Virus record (IMG/VR): IMGVR_UViG_3300021957_000019
Source: an uncultured virus (IMG/VR IMGVR_UViG_3300021957_000019)
Taxonomy: Duplodnaviria > Heunggongvirae > Uroviricota > Caudoviricetes
DNA: 64,000 nucleotides
Strand: one strand, 5' to 3'
Below, piece after piece: positions 17,151 through 30,200 of this stretch. The notes beneath the pieces were generated by a model. It was not told the origin of the DNA. It saw only the letters and a program-made list of their open reading frames with translations, and searched no databases. The first letter of the stretch is position 1; the number at the start of each line of letters is the position of its first letter. Both the position numbers and the translations under genes were made by a program.

Positions 17151-19187
17151 ATGTTTTTACAAGACGAAGGAGTTAACAATAGTTCAGAAAGAGTTGCAAA
17201 AGAACTCTCAGATTTATCCTCAGCTACAGGGGTGTTGGATTTTAGTATAAGAAATTTCCAAAAAACATTAGCGACTAATCTACCCTTGGGACCTAAGGGA
17301 TTGGCGAACATTACAAACGCGACATCTAAATTAGAAGAACTTACATTTAAATTAACAACAGAAACTCTTGGACAAACAAGGGTGGTTGGTGAGGGTATAA
17401 GGGACACTATGGCACAAGCGGCTTATGAATCCGCACAATATGGTATTACCCTTTCAGACCAAATTTCGGTGTTTAAAGAGATAAACACAATTATGCAAAG
17501 AAATACGTTGTTAACCTCTGAACAGCAAACAAATATGGCACTTTTAGCTAGAAACGCAGGTGTTGCCGCAGGTGATATAGCGACTATGGTCGAGGGTTTT
17601 GATACTATTGGTGTCGGTACTACTGATGCAATAAACAACATTAGTAATATGCAGAAAGAGGCGAGGTCTTACGGTATTAATGTAGGACAGTTTATGAAAA
17701 ATATTGGTTCAAATGTAAAGTTACTAAACTCATATAACTTTAAAAACGGGGTCGAAGGATTTACAAAGATGGTTGCAAAGGCACAGGCTTTACGTTTAGA
17801 CTTCAACAAAACCGTTAGTTTAGCTGATAGTTTATTATCACCTGAAACTGCCATCGAGACCGCCGCAGGTTTTCAGATGTTAGGTGGTGCGGTTGGAGAC
17901 TTAGGTGACCCATTTAAGTTGTTATATATGGCTCAAAATGATGTTGAGGGGTTACAAGACTCAATATTAGGAATGGCTGAATCGGCAGTCTCGTTTAATG
18001 AAAAAACTGGAGATTTTGATATCCCTGTTACTGAGATGTATCGTCTTAGAGAGGCCGCTAAACTCACAGGTATGGATTATCAAGAACTTGCAGATACCGC
18101 AGTTAAAAGTGCTGCGAGAACCAAAAAACTTGATTTATTAGCTGGGTCGGGTCTTGATGATGACACTAAAGAACTTATTGCTAACTTGGGAGAACTTAAA
18201 GATGGTGAAGTAAAAATTAAAGTACCGGGTACTGAAGAATTAATAGACGCAAGATTATTAGGTAATGAAGAATATAAAGGACAATTAGAGAAATTAGAAC
18301 AACAACAAATAGATGCGAATAAGTCAGATAGAGAAATTGCTTTAGAACAACTTTCGGCGTCCCAAAAACTAAACAAAATACTCGACGAACAAGTTAAAGC
18401 TTTAGGTCCGTTCATAGGTACAAGAACAGATGCGATTACATCGGCAATTGATGCTATGGGTGCAGGTGCAGAAACACTAACGAATACGGTAAATCAAGGT
18501 ATAAATTCAGAAAATGTAAACGCATTAGGAGAGGCATTTAATGAAGCCGCTAAAACAGGATTTAAGAACGATGAAAATCAACAGGTATTAAGTTCAAGGT
18601 TAGGAGATATTTTAGGTAGTTTAAACGGCGAAATTAAAATGTTTGATGATAATCTTAAAAAGAACATTGATGATGATAGTTTATTTAATACCTCAGAAGC
18701 TTTTGATAATTTGGGTGCCTCTTTGAATAAATTTGGTTTTGATATTGAAGCTTTAAAAACGAGTACGGTATCCAGTGTTCTCGGTGGTATAACAGGTGAT
18801 TTAGATTTATTTATTAAAGATTTAATCGCATTAGACCAAAGATTTGGACAACGTGATGCACAAAGACCTAACGAACAAGAAGGAGCAACACCTGAAGGAA
18901 CGACACCATCGACTAACACAATACAAACGGTTACCCCCGATACACTCAACACACCTACTACAGGAGTTCAAGATACGTCTAATTTAAATCAAACAACAAC
19001 ACAGGGGGTTCTTAACGGAGACGTTAATTTGAACGTAGGAGGGACTATAGATTTTGCAATTGACGGTAGAAATTTACCTCAAAATATATCTACTGAGGAG
19101 TTGGCAAGTCAAATAGTGAATAATCCTGACTTCACAAGTAAGTTAATGTCAATATTTACTGACTCAAATAATACCTATTCAGTATAA
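17151..19187 (+). CDS. tape measure protein
   Basis: 678-aa Ala/Gly/Leu-rich helical protein directly after the chaperone pair and before the baseplate genes. Confidence 0.7.
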   Translation: MFLQDEGVNNSSERVAKELSDLSSATGVLDFSIRNFQKTLATNLPLGPKGLANITNATSKLEELTFKLTTETLGQTRVVGEGIRDTMAQAAYESAQYGITLSDQISVFKEINTIMQRNTLLTSEQQTNMALLARNAGVAAGDIATMVEGFDTIGVGTTDAINNISNMQKEARSYGINVGQFMKNIGSNVKLLNSYNFKNGVEGFTKMVAKAQALRLDFNKTVSLADSLLSPETAIETAAGFQMLGGAVGDLGDPFKLLYMAQNDVEGLQDSILGMAESAVSFNEKTGDFDIPVTEMYRLREAAKLTGMDYQELADTAVKSAARTKKLDLLAGSGLDDDTKELIANLGELKDGEVKIKVPGTEELIDARLLGNEEYKGQLEKLEQQQIDANKSDREIALEQLSASQKLNKILDEQVKALGPFIGTRTDAITSAIDAMGAGAETLTNTVNQGINSENVNALGEAFNEAAKTGFKNDENQQVLSSRLGDILGSLNGEIKMFDDNLKKNIDDDSLFNTSEAFDNLGASLNKFGFDIEALKTSTVSSVLGGITGDLDLFIKDLIALDQRFGQRDAQRPNEQEGATPEGTTPSTNTIQTVTPDTLNTPTTGVQDTSNLNQTTTQGVLNGDVNLNVGGTIDFAIDGRNLPQNISTEELASQIVNNPDFTSKLMSIFTDSNNTYSV

Positions 19188-19226
19188 AAATATAGAATTA
19201 ATCTATTTATATAGAAATAGATTTAT

Positions 19227-22200
19227 ATGCCGAGCGAATTAACATTTGATGCTACAGAGAACTTTAGAAAAAGACTGTTAGTTAGGAACCTTGAACCGTA
19301 CAAAGAAGGTTACAAAGGAAACGAAAGTCCTGGTAGTGCTGAATTCTCAATAAAGGACCTTGGCGTGGTAGATAGTACAAGAGTTACTGAACTACAAGTA
19401 AACGAGGAGGCAAAAAAAAGAGCGTTCATATCTAATCAGTATGGTCCTGAAGGTGGGTATAAAGATTTAATAGATATACGAGATATAAAGAATAAAATAG
19501 AAAAGAGAGAAAGTTATTACACTTTTGTTTCATCCACATATAATGCTTTCAATCTATTAACCTCATTTAATCCGACAGGAACAAACGGAAGTTTAAGTCA
19601 AGATTCTGCATTAGCACAAATTGCAGGAAACCAACTTAAAACAGAATTTGAATATCGTATAGCTGAAGAGACATACCAGCAAACACTTGGTAGGATTAAC
19701 GTAATAGATGCGTTATCAGACCCCTTTGACGCTTTAGCGATTGCAACAGGTAATGAACAAGCGATTGAGAGTGATTGGAAAATATCGGTACCCGACAATA
19801 TAATAGGTAAAGGGTTAGATTTTATTAGTAGAATATCGGGAGTTTATTCACCATATTCTTGGATTCCTGGAAGTTACTTTACTAAGGTTGAGTCACAATC
19901 AAGTATTAATCAAGCTTCAAGAGGTGATGGAGAGTATAGTGATAGGGGGACATTATTACCCGAAGCCAATAAAAGGTCTTCAGAACTTTTTATATCTAAC
20001 TCAGGTAGAGGACAAACTAAAAGGTTGTTTAAGAGCTTATCACTAAATGTTTTTGCACCCGATTATACAGATAACAATAGAGCTTTCGGTCTAAAAGCTC
20101 CTTCAGGTAATTATTACGTGGGGAGTAAAACACAAGACCCTAAAGATATTGTTGCTCCTCCAAATGAACTACCGATAGACCAGTTTGGTAATAGAGTAAG
20201 AACCCCTGTTAGAGGATACTCTGAGTTGGGAAAACTTTATGAGGGCAACTTCTCATTTAAATTTGGACTTAATGGAACTAAATTCTTAAGGGTAGGAACT
20301 GCAACAAACAGTAGTTACGACGCACCTAGATTACAAGGAGGATTTACATGGACTAGTTTAGACGGTGTAAAATCTGCGGGACGATTTGCATCACAAGGTG
20401 GGGGTCTTGGTTCTGTTGATAGTAACTTTGAATCAAATATTCAGTCATCATTTGATGCGGGTGTATCAACACAATATGATTTTAAGAAAGGTTCCATATT
20501 AGATGACACACAAAAATTAATTGACTCTGCAGATGGATTACAAGGAGATGCCAGGTTACAACACGTTGGTAACGCAATAAACCAAGTATCAAAAGTCTTT
20601 AGTGACGGTACTCGTGAGATTACAAAAGGTTCAAGAGTTTATAAATACGAAGACCAGAGTACTGGTGAAATTAAAGGAATGGAATACTGTAGAGTATTCA
20701 CTAAAGACGTTCCTTACTTCTCAAATAGTGAACTCCAAAAGGAGGACGGTATGACTAATCAAAACAGAAGATTCCAATATTCTGTCTTAGATAATACCTA
20801 TAATCTTAATATCACACCTTTTAGGGATGACGATTCAACTAATATACAAGCCGATAAAGTAAAAAAGTATATGTTTTCGATTGAAAACTTGGCTTGGAGA
20901 ACATCAAGTAAACCTGGTTTCACTTATTCCGATTTACCCGTTTGTGAAAGAGGACCTAGCGGAGGTAGAATTATGTGGTTCCCACCATATGATATGAAAG
21001 TATCTGAAACCAACTCTACTAATTGGACATCTAACGAGTTTTTAGGAAGACCTGAACCGGTTTATACGTATAACAATACGACTAGACAGGGTAGTTTATC
21101 TTGGAAAATAGTAGTTGACCATCCTTCAATATTAAATGCAATTGTCGACAAAGAGTTGGCGGGTCAAAACTCACAAAGAGTTAATGACATTGTTGATTCA
21201 TTTTTTGCTGGGTGTAGAAAATACGACATATATGAATTAGCCCAAAGGTTTCCTCAATTTACCTTAAAAGACATATACGAGATAGTTACAGAAACTACAG
21301 ATGTAAAAACATATGAAAATTTTTCAAAAGATATTGAGAGAATTAACTTAACCGAAAAAGACCCTGTCATTGAAGAATATACTCCTGAAGTACAAGTACA
21401 AGACTATGAGTATGAATTTTATTTTGATAACGATGTTCCAGGTCCACGAACTGCGTCGTCTACAACGACAACTGAAGATTATGCAGCAACATTATCTACA
21501 TACATAGCAAAAAAAGAAAGTTACTATAATACTGCTGACTCTGATGAAAAAATTCAAGTATTACAATTTTTCGAAAGTTTTTTACTAAACGGAGAGGGTA
21601 CTAATTTAATAGAAAAGAGAACACAGGAATTAGTTTCAAAAATTAAAAAAGCGTTAGATAAGGGAGGTACCATTAATATGAAATTAGTAGGTTCAGCATC
21701 TGCACCTAATAGCGCTGCCTATAACGAGTCATTATCAAAAAGAAGAATAGATGCGGTTAAAAAATACTTATTTTCGTTTTTTGACTTAAGTAAATATGAA
21801 GACAGATTCTCAATTACTGAAGACCCACAAGGGGAACAATCAACAGCTACACCAGGTGGGGGTGAGTACGGTTCTTTTAACTGTACAGAACAGTTATCAG
21901 GCAACTCTACAACGTATTCGGTCAATGCTATGGCTTGTAGGGCTGTGGTTATAAAAACAATTGAAGAAGTACCTTCACCACCAGAACAAAGGGAAGTACC
22001 ACCTGAGGAAACTATAATAACGGAAACCATAACAGGAAAAACAGAGGTAATAAGACAAAAAGAAACAAAACTAACTCAACCGAGAAATGAAGTAGCTAAG
22101 ATAATAGTTAAAAAATTATTAACTGAGTGTGACTACTTTAATATGATGAGGGAGGAAACACCAAGAGTGTACGAAGGTATTAAAGAAAAGATTAAATATT

Positions 22201-23948
22201 TCCAACCGGCATTTCACTCTATGACACCTGAAGGTTTAAATAGTAGACTTACTTTCTTACAACAATGTTTGAGACCAGGTGACACAATCCCCGTAATAGG
22301 TGAGGATGGTAAACCAAGAGAAGGAGATGTTAAAAATACTGCGTTTGGTGCCCCTCCGATATGTGTATTAAGAATTGGTGATTTTTATCATTCTAAAATC
22401 GCAATTCAGCAGATGAGTATTAATTACGAGCCATTAACATTTGATTTGAATCCTGAAGGAATAGGTGTACAACCTATGATTGCGGATATTAATATGAGTT
22501 TTTACTTTATAGGTGGACAGGGAATAAAAGAGCCAGTGTCGAGATTACAAAACGCGTTGTCATTTAATTATTATGGTAACACAGAGGTTTATGACGACCG
22601 CTCAATAGTCACTGAAGATAGGTCAGAATTAAATAGAGAGGCTTTAGACGCTATAGAAGCCGCAAATGATTTTTCATTAACTGAAAACGGTCAGGTTGAA
22701 AGAAGTGAAGAGGCTGGAGACACGATAGGAGAAATCACATCGACAACAATAGCAGAATTTATACAAGGAGATATTAATTACAATTCAATAGTAAATGACT
22801 ATGTTTCTAAATCACAATCATACACACAAAACATTTTGAATACGTTAGAAACAATTTCGAAAGACCAATCAGAAATTGGGATGTATTATTTCACACAGAC
22901 AAGAAATTATAAAGACGGTTATACTACAGGTTATTTAGATGGTAATGATGAGTTATTTACTAATATTTTTGGTAAACCTTCGGACATACCAAACAGAACT
23001 ACTGAGTTAGAAGTTAAATTAAATGAAGACGTAGATAATAACACAAACCCATTCCTAAGTATAATTTCTACGCAAAACTTTAAAAATAGTGATATTAAAA
23101 AATTCAGAAAAAATTTAAAGTCCTTCATAAAGGAATATATCGGTTTTTTCCAATCAACATTTAACAGTACTATGTTTGATTTATTAGAGACTCAAACTGA
23201 GTTTGTTAGGGTAAATGATAAACTAAGTCTAATCACAACAGAAACTGATGGGTATAATGATAAAAAGGGAAGGGCGTTTATTTTTGAATTATCCGCCACT
23301 ACTGATGTAGATGTTTCATCATCACAAGCTAATACACAAGAAGAATTATTAGCAGATATACAAACAGTTGGTTTTGATTTACAAGCCTTTTATGATGAAA
23401 TATTTGAAAGTGGTGGGTTATTACCACAAAAAGATAATTTATATAAAGGATTCTTATCGGGTAGTTTTGATACTGAACCACAGACAAGATTTTGTACAAT
23501 AGCGTATACAATTATGATACAAGACCCTGAATATGTTATAGACAGAATTTTAGGTGAAGAACTAATACAGAAACAGGATTGGGTTCAGTATGTAAATAGA
23601 ATCGTTTATGGAACTCCTGAAATACCAAATAATTTAACTGATATATTAGGTACTGAAGGTATGAATCAACCTATATTATCATCACAACCAGGGTTATTAG
23701 ACGTTTATAAAGAGTTACAACAAAATAGTTCTGATAATTTTAAAGACTTCACAAACAATAATAATGTAAAGAAATTCACATTGTACGAACCCTTCAACCC
23801 CGATAAAGTTAGAAATTTCACATACATACAAAAACCACAAGAACAAGCAGATGACAGTAAAGTAAATTACTTTAGAAGGACATTTACAAGTGGTCAAAAT
23901 TCAGGACCTTTAAACGAATATAACGAAAAATACAGTTTTAACCTATGA
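19227..23948 (+). CDS. large baseplate/tube-initiator-like protein with an internal OmpA-like domain
   Basis: Tube-initiator-like segments 'FPPYD...W....FLGRPEPVYTY..T.R' and 'APPICVLRIGDF...PMIAD' flank 'FYFDND...LVGSAS......YN..LS.RR..AV...CRAV' (OmpA_C-like). Confidence 0.65.
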   Translation: MPSELTFDATENFRKRLLVRNLEPYKEGYKGNESPGSAEFSIKDLGVVDSTRVTELQVNEEAKKRAFISNQYGPEGGYKDLIDIRDIKNKIEKRESYYTFVSSTYNAFNLLTSFNPTGTNGSLSQDSALAQIAGNQLKTEFEYRIAEETYQQTLGRINVIDALSDPFDALAIATGNEQAIESDWKISVPDNIIGKGLDFISRISGVYSPYSWIPGSYFTKVESQSSINQASRGDGEYSDRGTLLPEANKRSSELFISNSGRGQTKRLFKSLSLNVFAPDYTDNNRAFGLKAPSGNYYVGSKTQDPKDIVAPPNELPIDQFGNRVRTPVRGYSELGKLYEGNFSFKFGLNGTKFLRVGTATNSSYDAPRLQGGFTWTSLDGVKSAGRFASQGGGLGSVDSNFESNIQSSFDAGVSTQYDFKKGSILDDTQKLIDSADGLQGDARLQHVGNAINQVSKVFSDGTREITKGSRVYKYEDQSTGEIKGMEYCRVFTKDVPYFSNSELQKEDGMTNQNRRFQYSVLDNTYNLNITPFRDDDSTNIQADKVKKYMFSIENLAWRTSSKPGFTYSDLPVCERGPSGGRIMWFPPYDMKVSETNSTNWTSNEFLGRPEPVYTYNNTTRQGSLSWKIVVDHPSILNAIVDKELAGQNSQRVNDIVDSFFAGCRKYDIYELAQRFPQFTLKDIYEIVTETTDVKTYENFSKDIERINLTEKDPVIEEYTPEVQVQDYEYEFYFDNDVPGPRTASSTTTTEDYAATLSTYIAKKESYYNTADSDEKIQVLQFFESFLLNGEGTNLIEKRTQELVSKIKKALDKGGTINMKLVGSASAPNSAAYNESLSKRRIDAVKKYLFSFFDLSKYEDRFSITEDPQGEQSTATPGGGEYGSFNCTEQLSGNSTTYSVNAMACRAVVIKTIEEVPSPPEQREVPPEETIITETITGKTEVIRQKETKLTQPRNEVAKIIVKKLLTECDYFNMMREETPRVYEGIKEKIKYFQPAFHSMTPEGLNSRLTFLQQCLRPGDTIPVIGEDGKPREGDVKNTAFGAPPICVLRIGDFYHSKIAIQQMSINYEPLTFDLNPEGIGVQPMIADINMSFYFIGGQGIKEPVSRLQNALSFNYYGNTEVYDDRSIVTEDRSELNREALDAIEAANDFSLTENGQVERSEEAGDTIGEITSTTIAEFIQGDINYNSIVNDYVSKSQSYTQNILNTLETISKDQSEIGMYYFTQTRNYKDGYTTGYLDGNDELFTNIFGKPSDIPNRTTELEVKLNEDVDNNTNPFLSIISTQNFKNSDIKKFRKNLKSFIKEYIGFFQSTFNSTMFDLLETQTEFVRVNDKLSLITTETDGYNDKKGRAFIFELSATTDVDVSSSQANTQEELLADIQTVGFDLQAFYDEIFESGGLLPQKDNLYKGFLSGSFDTEPQTRFCTIAYTIMIQDPEYVIDRILGEELIQKQDWVQYVNRIVYGTPEIPNNLTDILGTEGMNQPILSSQPGLLDVYKELQQNSSDNFKDFTNNNNVKKFTLYEPFNPDKVRNFTYIQKPQEQADDSKVNYFRRTFTSGQNSGPLNEYNEKYSFNL

Positions 23949-24262
23949 GATATTATAATAGATACCAAGACTTTCTTTTGAATGGAGAACAAACTGTAGT
24001 GCCGTTTGTAAACATCCCATCAAAACCAACAGACAAGAAATTTATTTATAGAGTTAGTAGAAGTAGATTGGACAAAGTAAGTCAACAATTTTATGAAACA
24101 CCATACTTTGGTTGGTTAATTTTAGCCGCGAATCCTAAGTATGGGGGGTTAGAAAATAATATTGATGATGGTGCAGTTTTGGTAATACCCTTTCCTTTAG
24201 TGAATTCTTTACAAGATTATAAAAAGGCATTAGATACACACTTCTTCTATTATGGCAGGTAA
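23945..24262 (+). CDS. LysM-like baseplate wedge protein (gp53/tail-X-like)
   Basis: 'RLDKVSQQFYETPYFGWLILAANP.......I..G..L.IP'. Confidence 0.8.
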   Translation: MRYYNRYQDFLLNGEQTVVPFVNIPSKPTDKKFIYRVSRSRLDKVSQQFYETPYFGWLILAANPKYGGLENNIDDGAVLVIPFPLVNSLQDYKKALDTHFFYYGR

Positions 24263-27200
24263 TGAATTTTTTAACAATCAAAATGTATATGTAGAAACCG
24301 ATTATGATAACATTATTGTGGTAGACCCCAATAAAGTTGTTGATAGTGGGGGTAAAGTCTCTGAAAGGTTAGTCAATCACGAGGAACTCGTTATGTATGC
24401 CAGTTTAGAGGCTAAAATAATACCGAGAAGTAAATTAGTTGTTGGTGATAATTTTGAAACTGCGGTAGAAAATATTCGAGTAGGAGCCATTGATGACAAC
24501 AAAGAAACGGTAATTAATTTTATGAAACCACAATCTCAGGACACGGGAGAAGGTCAAACACAAGATTCTTACTTAGATACCTCATGGACTGACAATTTAA
24601 CACTCGGTAGAACACGTAATGGGGATGTTGACTCACAACTTTTAGGAATAACCAATATATCGATTAAGATAAATACTTCATACGCTGCGTTGGTAACTAT
24701 TGAAATGGAAGACGTACAGGGAAGGGTTTTATTTGAGCAGGGTGAAAATTCTCCATACAGTGCGTTTTTTCATTTACCATACCCATTATTCACCTTAACT
24801 GTTAAGGGATATTATGGTAAGGCGTTAAGGTATGAATTAATGTTAAAAGATTTTAACGCAAGATTCGACCCATCTTCAGGTAATTATAAAATTACTACTA
24901 ACTTTATTTCTCGTACTTACGCACTTCTTTCAGATATATCAGTAGACTCTCTATTCGCATTACCTCATATGTACGAACGAACCGCAACGTTAGGTCCCGA
25001 AAAGACCACAACCAGTAATGAATCGGGTTTACAAGAAGTCAGGAGGATTAAATCTACCAGAGGTTATGATATGATAAAGAATGTTTATAGTTCATATAAG
25101 GCCAAAGGTTTGATAGATGAAAATTTCCCTGAACTAACGTTAAGTCAAATGTTAATGAAGTTGGAAAACTTTGAACGGTATGTAATGGAGGCGTATGGAC
25201 AGGAAGATTTTGCCATCTTAAATGATATTGATTTATATCGAAAAACTTTAAAAGAATATGAAAGTAAGATATACGGACAAATAACAGATAATTGGGAAAC
25301 AAAAAACATCGATAAAAACCTACCGTTCATATTAAACATCCCAAACTCAGGGGTAGTATATCCGTTAAAAAAAGAATTAACAAATCAGGAAGAGACTGCA
25401 CTACAAAACATAAGTGATTCTATATCTTCACTTGACACCATTATCAGGGAGTATAACACAAAGCTAAATGATAATGCCACGTTTGGTAGTGACGGACAAG
25501 CAAAAATACACGGAAAAAAATTAGAAACTACGCTCACCTCAACAATATCAATCAATAATTTTTTAACACAAATAACCAATCCCGATGATATCGATTATGA
25601 ATCTACGTTTGAAGTAAGAAATGGTAGAGCGGGTACAGAACAGGAAGTCGAGGCATTAAAGATTGAAATAGAGACGGAACTGACAATTAATGGATACCAA
25701 GTTAACGCGGAGACGTTAGAAATGGAGGACAGTCAACTTAGGAGGACCTTCTTCATCTTTGGGGATGTATACGGTAAAACAAAATACAACAGAACTAGTT
25801 TTTTGGGTAAGTTACAGAGGTTAAATGATGACTTTGAGACTAAGAGGAGTATGGTAGAAGAAAAGATGTCTGAGGCGTTGGCGGAAAAAATAAAAAGTCC
25901 TAATGTGGGTCTTGGATTTTATCCTACAATAAAAAACATAATTGCGGTTATATCGGCAAGTGCAGATGCGTTCCTAAGATTAATGGACCAAGTACATGAC
26001 GAATCTTGGGAACAAAGAAAAAATCCGATAAGAAGGAATGCCATTTTATCTCCTGAAAAATCACAGGGAGTTGAAACAAATAGTGGTAACGCTCCGACAA
26101 CCAATAACCCACAACAAGAAACTGCTATTGTATATCCTTGGCCTCAGTATTTTGTTAACTCAGTGGATGAAGACGGGAATGAAGAACTAAAAGACACATA
26201 TCCTGGTGACTATACTGTGGCACCACAATTAAGGGCATTCTCTTCTACGGTATGGCCTGAGGTTAGGTTTGTTGAAGAATTCATGAAAGGGGCTACTCAG
26301 AAAGAGTCGGGAAATATAGACTTCGATTTAACTAATACGTTAAAGGACAATCCATTTATGGGTATAAACGCCATAGAGTTCCCAAATCAAAACCAACCAT
26401 ATACAGACTTAAACGTAGTTCCATTTATATATGAAATATTTGAAAGAACTCTATTAAGTAGTAATTACACTAACCTTTATAAATCAAGCGGTTATAGGGA
26501 TGAGGTTTACAGTGTTGTTAGTGACTTCGAGTATAATAACCTTAAAGAATCAGTTGTTAACTCAACGGAGTTAATCGGGTTATTAAAAAACTTCGCGTTT
26601 AGTTACGAAAATATTTTGAGATATATGAAGTCTATTTCCAACAACGGACAAGGGACGAATTGGAATTTATTCTCTAGGGGAGAGTTTACGACACCATATA
26701 TAAAATCATATTTAGAAAATGATTATGGAATATATGATTTAAGTTACTTAGAAGGAGATAGTACCACAGTTGAGTCAAATGTTGAAAACATAGATAAATT
26801 AGAAAAATACCTTAAAGCTAACTACTCAGATGAAATGTCATTTAGTGATGGTTACCCGTTTAATAATTTATTATGGATACAGAATAATTTATCACAGGGG
26901 TCACAAATAAATTCAGTTGAATTAAGTAACGACACGTCTAAAATGTTTTCAATAAACGCAACTAAAAAGAGTATTGCGTCTTTTAAGGACACTTTTGATG
27001 ATGAGTCAAGTATAGGTAAAACATATGATAAAAAACCATTCACATATTTTGAATGGATATTGAACTATAGTGATACACCAACACAAGAAAATAGTAACCT
27101 TGACTCATCGATTAATTCTAATGGAAACACAAACTACCTAACAAACGCTCAAGTCATAAATTACTACAATCTTAGGATGCAAAAAGATTTAGTATTAACA

Positions 27201-30200
27201 GAGTCATTTATTGACTACGGTACAAAATATGACACAACTGAGAACTATATTAGTAGAAATCAAACAACTTCACTACTTAACACACCATATTTCATAAACT
27301 CAATTATGAAAGGAGTTGAGAACGAAAAAAATGAAATTGAAAACCCATATACTGCTTTAGGTTATTTGTATTTAAATTCTTTACCTTTATCTACACTAAA
27401 AGAAAAGTTTAAAACAAACTCAAATACAATAACCACAGAGTTAAATTATATTTTTGCTACACTAAACAAGTACTCAGCCATTCATAAACTACCATACCCT
27501 TTCATATTAAAGTATGGTTCAATATGGTATAGATATAAGAAATATCAAAATGACAATATAGATATTTTAGATAATGTATGGAAAGATTTCGATTATGTAA
27601 ACGCATATGACCCAGTTTCAAACAACACGTCTAAGTCATATAGTTTTAATGATTATGGTGGTAACGATACCACAATAAAACAATATGAACAATTTACTGA
27701 TATAATACAGACGAATCAGGGAGACCCCGCATTTTTAGGGGGAGATTTGAACGTCACGATAAACCTTGAATCGACAAGAGTCCAAAACGGATTCTTCCCT
27801 AAAGTGATGAATGACGTTTATTACTTCTTCACCAAAAAAGACGTGTTTAGTACGTATTCATCATCAGAACTACAAAGTGCTCAAACTGAAAAAGGATTAC
27901 AAATAGGGACGACATCAAAAACAAAAATAAAACTTTCTAAAGACCCTGAGACCGATTATCAGATGAATACATGGTCACAGTACTTTAATGTATTAGGTAA
28001 TTATGATTTTAGAGAGAATAAAGAAAATAAGGTACTAATGATACCTTCGTTTGGTGACGCTAAATTTAATCAAGCAAGATTTGAATGTTTTGATGCGATT
28101 GGTAATCACAAACAAAATGTAACAACAAATCCATCGATTTATAATGGAGGGGTGAGGACGTTATGGTCATCTTCAAACTACGGATACTTTTCAAATGAAA
28201 TGATTGATAAACCAAATCCTAATCAATATATAAAACATATTAATCCTGAAAATAAAAATGAACAAGCGTTTAATTTAGGTAATGATACTTCTTTAACTTA
28301 TTCATCAATAGATGATATTTTCGGTGTCTTTACTAAAGACATGTTAGATTTATTTGAAGAGCACTTTTTAAATTTTTGTCAACCACCAAACAAAAAACAA
28401 TTTTTAGTTAACAGAGGAAATACAACATTTGAAGAGTTCTTGGAAAGTGATGAGATTAAAAGTCAATATGAGGGTGGGAGAGTTTCGGTCGATGATGTAA
28501 TAAGGTGGAAAGCGGTTTATGAAAATCAGGAAAGTTTATATAACGGACCTAATTTATATAAATACGATTTAAATATTTATGAAGTTTTAAAATCTTTATT
28601 AATGGTTGACACTCCTAATACACAATCAAATTTTGATAATGTATTAAAAAGTTTAAGTAAATCGCAAAGCAAACAATTTATCAACTATAATTTGGATGTA
28701 CTCATAAATAAAGATATTATATTTAAGATTGGAAACCCATCGAAATACAATAATAAAGTTTATGGTTCATTAACAACATTAGCGTCACAAAAAATTGAAG
28801 ACCCTTATAATTTTGGAAACTACGTACAGGGTTCATTACCTACCGAAGGGGGTGGTGTAAGTTTAGGGTCAAGTAAATCATCTTATCCGAATGCGTGGAA
28901 GGCAATGTATGAATATGTGGGGGACTTCTCCGAAGAAGGATTTAAGTATGGAGATAATGGTTCATACCTAACTGACTTTTTTGTTGATATGGAGTTTGAA
29001 TTTACTGAAAGTAATGTTCAGTTATTATCTCCTATTATAAAAATTTACGCATCTAAAAAGTCGGAAGACCAAACGATGAATAAAAATAATTTTATAAACG
29101 AAATTAACGATTACGTTGCGGAACAAGAGAATTTTCAAAAGGACATACTGAATCAGATATTTATAAAATTGAATAGAGATTTACCATCAGTATCAATTAC
29201 GGAAGAATCGTTAGGACTTTCTAAGATAGATGGAAATATACCAAAACTTGAACTATGGAAAACATTTCAATCACTTAATGATAAATGGGTGGCGGGACAA
29301 GATTTTAAAAATAGAACTATTTTTGAAGACTTCTTATTTTTAGATAGAGCAAACAGACCAGTAGGGGACAAGGTGGTTGTAAATATTTCTGAATTAGAAG
29401 GTTTTATAACGGGTAGAAGTGATAAGATGTCAGTCTATGGATTACTCGGTCAAATATACCAAAAAAATAATTTCACATTTATACCAACACCTGCATATAC
29501 TAATTTCTATGGTAGAAATGACAGAGTTAAGAAAGGTGAACCATTACCACAAGATATACCTAATGACTTATTCGGTACGTTTATGGAAGTTGACACTAGA
29601 GATAGTAGACCAAGAATGATTGGTATTTATGTTGGTGAGCCGTCCTCTAATTTAGGTACGGGACAGAATACTACCTTTAGAAAAGGTGACGACGCATTTG
29701 ATATAACAAACCCTTCAGACTGTCCCTTAAGAGAAAATCAAACAAATAAAACTAACTACTCTGATAGTAATAGATGTGTGGGTTTCCAAGTGGATTTCGG
29801 AAAAAGAAACCAAGGAGTATTTAACTCAGTCTCTATAGACATGAATCAACATAAAAATATAGGACCAACTTTCCAAGTTCTGTCAGATATGGGTTCACAA
29901 GCGTCAGGTCAACAGGTGGCTCAACAATCTCAATCACTGTACAATTTTTACAAAACTAGAAGTTATACATGTCAAGTTCAGTCGATGGGTAATGCTATGA
30001 TACAACCAACGATGTACTTTAACCTAACAAACGTACCTTTATTTTATGGTCCGTATTTAATTATGAATGTAACTCATAATATAAGTAACAGAGGGTTTAC
30101 CACTAATTTTGATGGGGTAAGAATACCAAAATTTGCTTTATCGCCACCTGATAAGTTAGTTGCTAGTGTTAATAGACAGTTGCTAAAACAATGGGAGGAA

